From Acidimicrobiales bacterium (GTDB lineage Bacteria; Actinomycetota; Acidimicrobiia; Acidimicrobiales; Bog-793), in contig JBOGHY010000059.1 of assembly GCA_050742375.1 (NCBI GenBank), positions 1 to 46,133 of the forward strand: 46,133 bases of DNA, written 5' to 3'. Positions 8,899-15,682 of this stretch are shown piece by piece (the stretch's first letter is position 1; each line of letters begins with the position of its first letter). Made by a program: the position numbers and the translations under genes. Under the pieces are notes generated by a model. It was not told the origin of the DNA, ran no database searches, and worked only from the letters and a program-made list of their open reading frames with translations.

Positions 8899-10565
8899 CC
8901 CAGATCGTTCACGCGTCTCCGTGAGCTGATCAGCCACCATCCGCGAAAACGCCCTCCTGGTAAGGGAAACTGAGGTCGTCCAAGACGTCAGTTGCCAGGC
9001 CAGGAGGGCACTTCCGAGATGGACGTTACCAGTACCCGCGCGGTGAAGGTGGGAGCCTCTGGGAGGGGCGTCGTCGCCCACGTCGGCCTCCACGCACTTG
9101 GTGCATTCGCCGACAGGCTCCATCTTTCCCATTTGCTCTCGGCGACGATCCCGCAACGGCCGCTGCTCGTGCACGACCGGGGAAAGGTGCTGGTCCAGAC
9201 TGCCCTCATGCTGGCGGGCGGCGGGGAGAGCTGCGCCGACATCGAGCACCTGCGGGCACAGGAGTCGCTCTTCGGCCTCGTGCCGTCGGACTCGACGACG
9301 TACCGCACCTTTTTCGAGATCAGCCCGGAGACGCGTCGTGAGATCGGCGGGGCGGTGGCCGAGGTACGCGAGCAGGTCTGGGCACGCTCGGCTGCGACGA
9401 AGTCCGGCCCGGTCGTATTGGACATCGACGCCAGCCTCGTCCCCATCCACTCCGAGAACAAGGAGTGCGCCGCTCCGAACTTCAAAGGCGGCTACGGGTT
9501 CCATCTGATGTTCTGCTTCGCCGACGCAACCGGTGAAGCACTCTCTGGGTTGCTTCGCCCCGGAAGTGACGGCTCCAACACCGCGGCGGACCACATCACC
9601 GTCTTGGACGAGGCGATCGCCCAGCTGCCGAAAGAGGTCCGGGCCGGACATAGCGCTGGAGACGACGCCTCCCTCGTTCGCCGACAGGTGATCTGTCGCA
9701 CCGACTCGGCCGGGACGACGGCAGCCTTCCTCTCGGCCCTTCGGGCCCGAAACGTCGGCTTTTTCACCTCGGCCATCACGAACACCCAGATACAGGCCGC
9801 CATCTTGGATGCGATCGGGATCGAGGGCGCCTTTGTGCCAGCTGTCACCCAGGACGGAGAAGAGCGACCTCGGACAGCGGTCTGCGAGCTGACGAGCCTC
9901 GTCGAGCTCTCGTCTTTCCCGAGCGGCACCCGCCTCATCGTTCGCCGTGAGCCGCTCCACCCCGGAGCACAGCGAAGCCTCTTCCCCTCCCTCGAGCACC
10001 GCTACTGGGGCTTCTACACCGATCAAGAGGGAGATCCGGTCAGCCTCGACGTCACGATGCGCGCCCACGCGCACGTCGAGAACCACATCTGCCGCCTGAA
10101 GGACTCCGGTCTCCTGGCCTTCCCGTTCACCTCCTTCGAGGCGAACAAGAACTGGATGGCCGTCGTGATGCTGGCGGCCGATCTCGTCAGGTGGTTCCAG
10201 CTCCTCTGCCTCGATGGCTACTTCGCCAGCGCCCGGCCGAAGGCGCTCCGCTGGGCGATCTTGCACGCGCCCGGCCGCATCGTGCGCTCTGGTCGCCAGG
10301 TGATCGTGCGCCTCCTCGCGAACTGGCCCGACGCCGGAGCAATCCTTCGGGCCTACCGCCATATCGAGGCGCTCACCTGAGCGCCGAACTCGCCAGAAGT
10401 CGACAGCTCGAGCTTCTCCGCGCCCCGAGCTCGGCAAACGGCACTCTTCTTCGACAAATGCGGTCACTTACGGACCGTCGAATAACATCACTCAAGCGAC
10501 GAGAGGCAAATCTCAGCACTTCGAGCTCGTGGAGCTCGCTCAATCACCCGCGTGAATGATCGAGG
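8899..10565 (+). mobile_element. IS1380-family insertion sequence (1667 bp) with a 4-bp CTAG target-site duplication
   Basis: The imperfect terminal inverted repeats CCCAGATCGTTCACGCG (8899-8915) and CGCGTGAATGATCGAGG (10549-10565) match at 14/17 positions and start with CC. CTAG flanks both ends (8895-8898 and 10566-10569). There is a single transposase ORF. Confidence 0.85.
9019..10380 (+). CDS. IS1380-family DDE transposase
   Basis: 453 aa. The N-terminus MDVTSTRAVKVGASGRGVVAHVGLHALGAFADRL and the C-terminal ...HVENHICRLKDSGLLAFPFTSFEANKNWMAVVMLAADLVRWFQLL resemble IS1380-family transposases. ATG 9019 is preceded by GGAGGG. The track ORF starts at an upstream TTG (8992). Confidence 0.9.
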   Translation: MDVTSTRAVKVGASGRGVVAHVGLHALGAFADRLHLSHLLSATIPQRPLLVHDRGKVLVQTALMLAGGGESCADIEHLRAQESLFGLVPSDSTTYRTFFEISPETRREIGGAVAEVREQVWARSAATKSGPVVLDIDASLVPIHSENKECAAPNFKGGYGFHLMFCFADATGEALSGLLRPGSDGSNTAADHITVLDEAIAQLPKEVRAGHSAGDDASLVRRQVICRTDSAGTTAAFLSALRARNVGFFTSAITNTQIQAAILDAIGIEGAFVPAVTQDGEERPRTAVCELTSLVELSSFPSGTRLIVRREPLHPGAQRSLFPSLEHRYWGFYTDQEGDPVSLDVTMRAHAHVENHICRLKDSGLLAFPFTSFEANKNWMAVVMLAADLVRWFQLLCLDGYFASARPKALRWAILHAPGRIVRSGRQVIVRLLANWPDAGAILRAYRHIEALT

Positions 10566-10682
10566 CTAGGGCTGGCCGACGAGGCGGTCTACTGACCTGC
10601 TCCGGCGCCGTCCCCGGCACGAAAGGAAGGCTTCGACCACCTCGGCCAGCTCCGAGTCGTTCATGGCGGAGCCACTCGGCAG
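10566..10682. repeat. direct repeat copy 2, right half (CTAG plus the functional 3' end of degT)
   Basis: 10570-10682 matches 5256-5368 with 2 mismatches in 113 nt. CTAG at 10566-10569 is the second copy of the IS1380 target duplication and contains the degT stop codon. Confidence 0.9.
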
Positions 10683-11768
10683 GCAGAGTCCGCGCTCGAA
10701 GATCTGCTCGGCCACCTTGCCGCCGACGGCGCGGCAGCCTTTGAAGCACGGCTGCAGGTGCATCGGCTTCCAGGTGGGTCGCGCTTCTATGTCGCAGGCC
10801 TCGAGGTGCCGTCGCACCTGTTCGCGGTCGGCGCCGAATACCTGAGGGTCGATCGTGAGGCAACTGAGCCAGAAGTTCGGCTCACCGCCCGGGTCCACCG
10901 GCATGAGCTCGACGCCGGGGACGTCCCCGAGCGCCTCCCGGTAGAAGGCATTGACCGCGTGGCGACGCTCCACCCGCCGGGGAAGATCCTCGAGCTGCGC
11001 ACGGCCCAGCGCCGCGAGCAGGTTGCTCAGGCGGTAGTTGTAGCCGACCTCGGCGTGCTCGTAGTGAGGGAGTGGGTCGCGCGCCTGGGTGGCGAGATAG
11101 CGCGCCCTTTCGATCAGCTCTCCGTCGGCGCTCACGAGCATGCCGCCGCCGCTCGTCGTGATGATCTTGTTGCCGTTGAACGAGAGCGTCGCGGCGCTCC
11201 CGTAGGATCCAGCCGCACGCCCGGAGCGCCTGGCGCCGAGGGCCTCGGCGGCGTCCTCGACGAGGGGTACCCCGTAGCGCCCGCAGAGCGCCTCGATCGC
11301 CTCGTAGTCGGCGCACTGGCCGTAGAGGTCGACGGCGACGACGGCGGAGGGGAGCCGGCCGGCAGTCGCTGCGCCCGAGAGCTCCTCGTCGAGGAGCCCG
11401 GGGTCGAGGTTCCAGCTAGCTGGAGAGCTGTCGAGCAGGACCGGTCGGGCCCCAAGGTAGCTCACCGCCGCCGCGGTCGCGATGAAGGTGAGCGTGGGCA
11501 CGATCACCTCGTCTCCCCGTCGCACCCCGACGAGCTGGAGCGCGAGATGGAGGGCGGCCGTGCCGCTCGACAGCGCCACGGCGTGCGCCACGCCGAGGGC
11601 ATCGGCCATCTCGGCCTCGAATGCGTCGACGTGCGGGCCGAGCGGCGCGATCCAGTTCGAGTCGAAGGCGTCGAGGAGCATCTCCCGCTCGCGAGGCCCA
11701 GCGTCGGGGGGAGAGAGGTAAAGGCGCTGCCTCACCATCGGGCAGGCTACCACGACGTCTCTACTCAT
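10566..11768 (-). CDS. DegT/DnrJ/EryC1/StrS-family PLP-dependent sugar aminotransferase
   Basis: 400 aa. It has the typical N-terminus ...LSPPDAGPREREMLLDAFDSNWIAPLGPHVDAFE and the PLP-lysine region LSFNGNKIITTSGGGMLV. Its 3' end converges on wecA. Confidence 0.9.
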   Translation of the reverse strand: MSRDVVVACPMVRQRLYLSPPDAGPREREMLLDAFDSNWIAPLGPHVDAFEAEMADALGVAHAVALSSGTAALHLALQLVGVRRGDEVIVPTLTFIATAAAVSYLGARPVLLDSSPASWNLDPGLLDEELSGAATAGRLPSAVVAVDLYGQCADYEAIEALCGRYGVPLVEDAAEALGARRSGRAAGSYGSAATLSFNGNKIITTSGGGMLVSADGELIERARYLATQARDPLPHYEHAEVGYNYRLSNLLAALGRAQLEDLPRRVERRHAVNAFYREALGDVPGVELMPVDPGGEPNFWLSCLTIDPQVFGADREQVRRHLEACDIEARPTWKPMHLQPCFKGCRAVGGKVAEQIFERGLCLPSGSAMNDSELAEVVEAFLSCRGRRRSRSVDRLVGQP

Positions 11769-11852
11769 TCCTGGAGAGCCGGTAGCATCAGGGGTGGGGA
11801 CTGGGGATGTTTCAGGGGCGGCGGGTGCCCGGGACGCGACGGCGGGGGAACC

Positions 11853-12524
11853 ATGGAGCCTTCATCGAAGGAGGGCCAGGGGGAGCCTGTGGCTCTACGC
11901 GTGCTCGTCGTCGGGTCGCGCAAGCTCTACCTGCAGGCCCTGTGCGAGCTCCTCTGCGACCGTCACGGCCTGCAGGCGAGGCTTGTGCACACGAAGCACG
12001 CCCTTCGCGATCCGAGCGGGCTCGCCCCCCATGTCGTGGTCGTCGACGTCCCTGCGGGCGACGACGAGACGGCGCCGCTCGTGAAGTCACTCCGAGGCAG
12101 GCATCCGACGGCGAGGGTCGTCGTGCTCACCTCCGCCGGCGCCCGCGAGAGCCGACGACTCGCCGCCAGCGTCGAAGCCGGCGGTTGGGCAAGCCTCGCC
12201 CGTAGGGCCGCCGATCTGGCGGTCGAGCTCTGCCCGAGGGCGCGACCGGCGAACGTTAGGCGACCGCGGTCGCCCTCTACTCCCAGTCTGCTCGACCAAC
12301 TTACCAAGCGGGAGATGTCGGTGCTCGATCTCGTCGTCTCGGGCGAGACGCGCCCCGCTATCGCCGAGGCGCTCGGCATCTCCCCCAACACCGTGAGGAC
12401 CCATATCCAGAACATCATGGCGAAGCTCCTGGTCAGCTCGCGGACCGAGCTCGTGGCCCTGGCGCTCGAGTCCGGTCTGCGGCAGTCCGCGAGAGCGGGC
12501 GAGGCTGATCGATGGAGGCTGTGA
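11853..12524 (+). CDS. LuxR/NarL-type regulator with an atypical (pseudo-)receiver domain
   Basis: This is the C-terminal 223 codons of the long track ORF. The LuxR HTH reads LTKREMSVLDLVVSGETRPAIAEALGISPNTVRTHIQNIMAKL. The receiver-like N-terminus lacks the acidic DD pair (VLVVGSRKLY). The start is ATG 11853. Confidence 0.8.
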   Translation: MEPSSKEGQGEPVALRVLVVGSRKLYLQALCELLCDRHGLQARLVHTKHALRDPSGLAPHVVVVDVPAGDDETAPLVKSLRGRHPTARVVVLTSAGARESRRLAASVEAGGWASLARRAADLAVELCPRARPANVRRPRSPSTPSLLDQLTKREMSVLDLVVSGETRPAIAEALGISPNTVRTHIQNIMAKLLVSSRTELVALALESGLRQSARAGEADRWRL

Positions 12525-13192
12525 GCGTGATGCTCGGAGGGCCGATGCCCGCCGTGCTCGAGGCGCTCGAGTACTCCCTCAACAGGCGGTCCGAGCTCTC
12601 TGTGCTCGGGATCAGCCTCGGCGTCGAAGACCTCGTCGAGCGGGTGCGCCAGAGCCGACCGGCTGTGGCCCTCGTCTGTGCCGACGTGCCCGAGTGGGAC
12701 GGAGTGAGGGCATGTGCCGCCATCAAGAACGAGGGGGGTCCGAGCCGGGTCGTCGTCGTAGGCGGAGAAGGCGACCACACGACCCTGCTGGCGGCGGTGA
12801 GGGCCGGCGCCGACGGGTTCACCACCGTCGCCGACTCGATTGAGGACCTCGCAAGCGCCCTTCGCCAGGTGAGCCGGGGCGAGTCCTGGGTGCCACCCCT
12901 CATGCTCGGAGCGCTACTACGAGGTCTCATCGAGTTCCGCCGGGACGACGACGCAGCGGTCGAGCGTTTCGCCAGCCTCGGCATACGCGAGCGCGAGGTG
13001 CTCGCCGGGATCGTCGCCGGGCTCGACCACCACGCAATCGCTGCCAAGCTGTACCTGTCGCCCCACACCGCACGCACCCACACCCAGAACATCTTGTCCA
13101 AGCTCGGCGTGCACTCGCGCATCGAGGCGGCGCGCCTCGTCTTGAACCACGACCTGTTGAATCGCTTCCGCCACGAGGACTCTGAGAGATGA
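12512..13192 (+). CDS. LuxR/NarL-type regulator with an atypical (pseudo-)receiver domain, second copy
   Basis: The LuxR HTH reads IREREVLAGIVAGLDHHAIAAKLYLSPHTARTHTQNILSKL. The receiver-like N-terminus again lacks the DD pair (VMLGGPMPAV). It overlaps the previous gene; an alternative GTG at 12521 would form a GTGA overlap. Confidence 0.8.
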   Translation: MEAVSVMLGGPMPAVLEALEYSLNRRSELSVLGISLGVEDLVERVRQSRPAVALVCADVPEWDGVRACAAIKNEGGPSRVVVVGGEGDHTTLLAAVRAGADGFTTVADSIEDLASALRQVSRGESWVPPLMLGALLRGLIEFRRDDDAAVERFASLGIREREVLAGIVAGLDHHAIAAKLYLSPHTARTHTQNILSKLGVHSRIEAARLVLNHDLLNRFRHEDSER

Positions 13193-13211
13193 GCTCGACC
13201 AGGAGCAGCCG

Positions 13212-13499
13212 ATGAGGTCGCCCCGCCTCCCGCCCGCCCTCGCTCCCCGGCGCGCCCCGGGGGGCCGCCTCGAGACGCACCGCGGAGAGCTGTTCATCTC
13301 AGATCGGGAGCGGGACGTCGTCGTCGCCGTCAACAAATCTGCGGCGGCGCTGTGGGAGCTCTGCGACGGCGCCACCACCGTCGAGGAGATGGTGGGCGCC
13401 GTCTGTGAGCTGTCCTGCATCCCGGTCGAGCAGGCTCGGGACGACGTCGAACGGACCCTCGAAGAACTCGCTGGCGCCGGCCTTTTGAGCATGGAGTGA
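13212..13499 (+). CDS. PqqD-family protein (RiPP recognition element-like), copy 1
   Basis: 95 aa. The pattern ...VAVNKSAAALWELCDGATTVEEMVGAVCELSCIPVEQARDDVERTLEELAGAGLL matches the PqqD fold signature. AGGAG lies 6 nt upstream of the ATG. Confidence 0.75.
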   Translation: MRSPRLPPALAPRRAPGGRLETHRGELFISDRERDVVVAVNKSAAALWELCDGATTVEEMVGAVCELSCIPVEQARDDVERTLEELAGAGLLSME

Positions 13500-13621
13500 C
13501 GGGCCTTGTTGCGATGAATGGAGCCCTGTTTGCGGGACGGGCTTGTCGTGGGGACGGGCCTTCTGCGGGCACGGGATCGATCCGCGCGTCGGTCCTTGCG
13601 GGCGTGGCCTAGCATTGCGGG
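13498..13621 (+). promoter_or_regulatory. array of degenerate direct repeats (GACGGGCYTKBYGYGG / TGCGGG) in the PqqD1-wzz intergenic region
   Basis: GACGGGC occurs at 13498, 13536 and 13553, each followed by a CTTGTTGCG-like tail. TGCGGG occurs at 13531, 13564, 13597 and 13616, with spacings of 33, 33 and 19 nt. No function has been demonstrated. Confidence 0.35.
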
Positions 13622-13645
13622 ACCCCCAGAGATGAGGGCTTAGCC

Positions 13646-15307
13646 GTGGAACCCGCTGAATACCTTCGGATCGTGCGGCGTCGGTGGCCGGTCATCGCCG
13701 TGCTCGTGCTGCTCGGCCTCGTCGTCTCCTACGTGACCGCGCCTTCTTCGCGGCCGCCGCCGAGGCTCAAGGTGTCCTCCAGCTACGCCGCCACTACGAT
13801 CCTCAGCCTTCCCTCGACGGTGGCCGACCCGAGCGGGCTCAGCCTCGACTCGATGGCCTTCCTCGCCGACTCGGGACCGGTGGCAGAGATGACCGCCGCA
13901 TCCCTGCACGACCCTGGCGGCAGAGCCGACATTGAAAGCCGCGTGCAGGTCTCCGCCAAGGACGTCGTGAGCGCCCTCGAGATCACCGCCTCGGCCGCGA
14001 CGGCGCCTAGGGCCTCGCGCCTCGCGAACACCTTCGGCAGGGAGCTCATCGACTTCATCAACGCCGACCTCCGTTCGACCTACCGTTCCAGTCTGTCAAG
14101 CGAGCACTCTCAGCTGAACGCCCTGTCTGCAGTCGTGTCCCACCTGCAGGCGGAGCCGGTCTCGACACTGTCACAAGCCGAGCTCGACCAGGCAAGATCC
14201 CAGTACGTCCAACAGTACGTGACCTATGAACAGGCCGTTGTAGCCGGTCCAGGGCATACGGGACTGCACATCATCGAACCTGCGAGCAGTGGTGGGGCCA
14301 GCCTGGTCGCCGCAGGTTCTGCAAGCTCCGGGGCGGCGCCCACGAGCGGAAGCCGGAAGAAGCGTCTCGCTCTCGGAGGTGCGGCGGGGCTCGTGGCCGG
14401 GCTCGGGGTCGCCTTCGTCTGGGAACGCCTGGACACGCGGATCAGGACACGTGAACAGGCCGAGTCCGTCTTCGGGCTCCCGGTCCTCGGTGAGGTTGCG
14501 ATCACGCGTCGAGTCGGTCGGCGGCCCGGTCTCGTCGTGGTCGACGACCCGGTCTCGTCCTCCGCAGAGGCCTTCCGCATGCTGCAGACGGGCCTTTTGA
14601 TGTCGAGGGTCGACGAAGCACCGGGTAGTAGGCGAAGCGCCGTCCTTTTGGCGTCGCCCTCTCCCCTCGAGGGCAAGGAATCGGTGCTCGCCAACCTGGC
14701 GGCGAGCTTCAGCGAGGCGGGCAGCTCCGTCGCGCTCGTGGCCGCGGACGCGTTCGACCAGTCGCTCCCGTCGCTCGTCAGGAGTCGCCGGCCGATCAAC
14801 CGTCGTGGCCGGGGAGCTTCGTTCCGTGCGAAGCTGGCCCCGACTCCCGCCGAGGATGCCCGCGCCATGCCTACGGCAATCGACGGCGTCTCGCTTCTCA
14901 TGAACGGCACGCGCCCCGAGATGGGCAACGGTCACGTGCAGCGCCACCTCGACCTCGTCAGCACGGCTCGGGAGACCGCCGACGTGGTCTTAGTCGACAC
15001 CCCTCCCGTTCTCATCACTCACGACGCCAGCCTGTTCTCGAGCGTGGTCGACTCGGTCGTGCTCATGTGCGAGCTCGGGCGGCTCTCGGCCCGGGACGCG
15101 TCGCTCGCGGCCGACCGCCTGCGACACGTGGGTGCTCCGCTGCGGGGAGTCGTCCTCGTGGAGCGGGCAGGGCCGTTGTCGCGGCTACCCGCGGCGAGCT
15201 CAGGGTCACCCCGGGCGTCGTCGGCACACGGACAACGAGTCGGCGCTTCGAGCTCGACCCGGGTGCCCGTTCAGGCTGAGGGCCCGCCGGCGCCGCCGGG
15301 GGATTGA
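13646..15307 (+). CDS. polysaccharide chain-length determinant (Wzz) fused to a BY-kinase-like P-loop domain, non-canonical
   Basis: The N-terminal Wzz-type region reads EYLRIVRRRWPVIAVLVLLGLVVSYV, and a second TM segment lies mid-protein. The C-terminal CpsD/CapB-like domain has SPSPLEGKESVLANLA (Walker A-like) and VVLVDTPPVL (Walker B). There is no Tyr in the last ~60 aa. Confidence 0.8.
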   Translation: MEPAEYLRIVRRRWPVIAVLVLLGLVVSYVTAPSSRPPPRLKVSSSYAATTILSLPSTVADPSGLSLDSMAFLADSGPVAEMTAASLHDPGGRADIESRVQVSAKDVVSALEITASAATAPRASRLANTFGRELIDFINADLRSTYRSSLSSEHSQLNALSAVVSHLQAEPVSTLSQAELDQARSQYVQQYVTYEQAVVAGPGHTGLHIIEPASSGGASLVAAGSASSGAAPTSGSRKKRLALGGAAGLVAGLGVAFVWERLDTRIRTREQAESVFGLPVLGEVAITRRVGRRPGLVVVDDPVSSSAEAFRMLQTGLLMSRVDEAPGSRRSAVLLASPSPLEGKESVLANLAASFSEAGSSVALVAADAFDQSLPSLVRSRRPINRRGRGASFRAKLAPTPAEDARAMPTAIDGVSLLMNGTRPEMGNGHVQRHLDLVSTARETADVVLVDTPPVLITHDASLFSSVVDSVVLMCELGRLSARDASLAADRLRHVGAPLRGVVLVERAGPLSRLPAASSGSPRASSAHGQRVGASSSTRVPVQAEGPPAPPGD

Positions 15308-15317
15308 GCATCGATCC

Positions 15318-15644
15318 GTGGGCGATGAAGTGGTGCCGCCGGCGGCGACTCCCCAGGAAGACGCCTTTTCCGAGGGCACCTGGGCCCGCTCCGACTCCGT
15401 CTATTGGCGAGTCGCCGGGAGCACCCTCGTCGTGCTCGGTGGCAGAGACGGCGATGGAGCTCCGAACATCGTCTACGGCTCAGGGGCAGTCCTCTGGGAG
15501 ATCTTGGAGCGCCCCATCTCTCTAGCAGAGCTCGGCGAGGAGCTCTCGGCCCGCTACGGCGTGCCGCGAGCGATTATCGCCGAGGACGTGTCGCCGGTGC
15601 TCGAGCAGCTGAGCCGCCTCGGCCTCATCCACAAGAGCCCGTGA
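15318..15644 (+). CDS. PqqD-family protein, copy 2
   Basis: The C-terminus ...VYWRVAGSTLVVLGGRDGDGAPNIVYGSGAVLWEILERPISLAELGEELSARYGVPRAIIAEDVSPVLEQLSRLGLI fits the PqqD pattern. GTG 15318 was chosen because the ORF is open from 15132 only by overlapping the wzz 3' end. Confidence 0.7.
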   Translation: MGDEVVPPAATPQEDAFSEGTWARSDSVYWRVAGSTLVVLGGRDGDGAPNIVYGSGAVLWEILERPISLAELGEELSARYGVPRAIIAEDVSPVLEQLSRLGLIHKSP

Positions 15645-15682
15645 CTTCGTCACAGGACAAGAGCCCGTGACTTCGTCACAGG
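15631..15682 (+). repeat. perfect 26-bp tandem duplication (ACAAGAGCCCGTGACTTCGTCACAGG x2) at the PqqD2 stop / nucleotidyltransferase start
   Basis: 15631-15656 is identical to 15657-15682. Each unit contains the palindrome GTGACTTCGTCAC. Copy 1 carries the PqqD2 TGA and copy 2 carries the downstream GTG start. Confidence 0.95.

Noticed and set aside
8839-10467. 542-aa ORF antisense to the IS1380 transposase
   Set aside because: It lies entirely opposite a transposase gene with clear family similarity and has no recognisable motifs. It is a high-GC antisense artefact.
10758-11850. N-terminal ~365 codons of the 588-aa plus-strand ORF
   Set aside because: It is antisense to the DegT aminotransferase gene. 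Only the region from ATG 11853 onward (the LuxR-type regulator) has family features.
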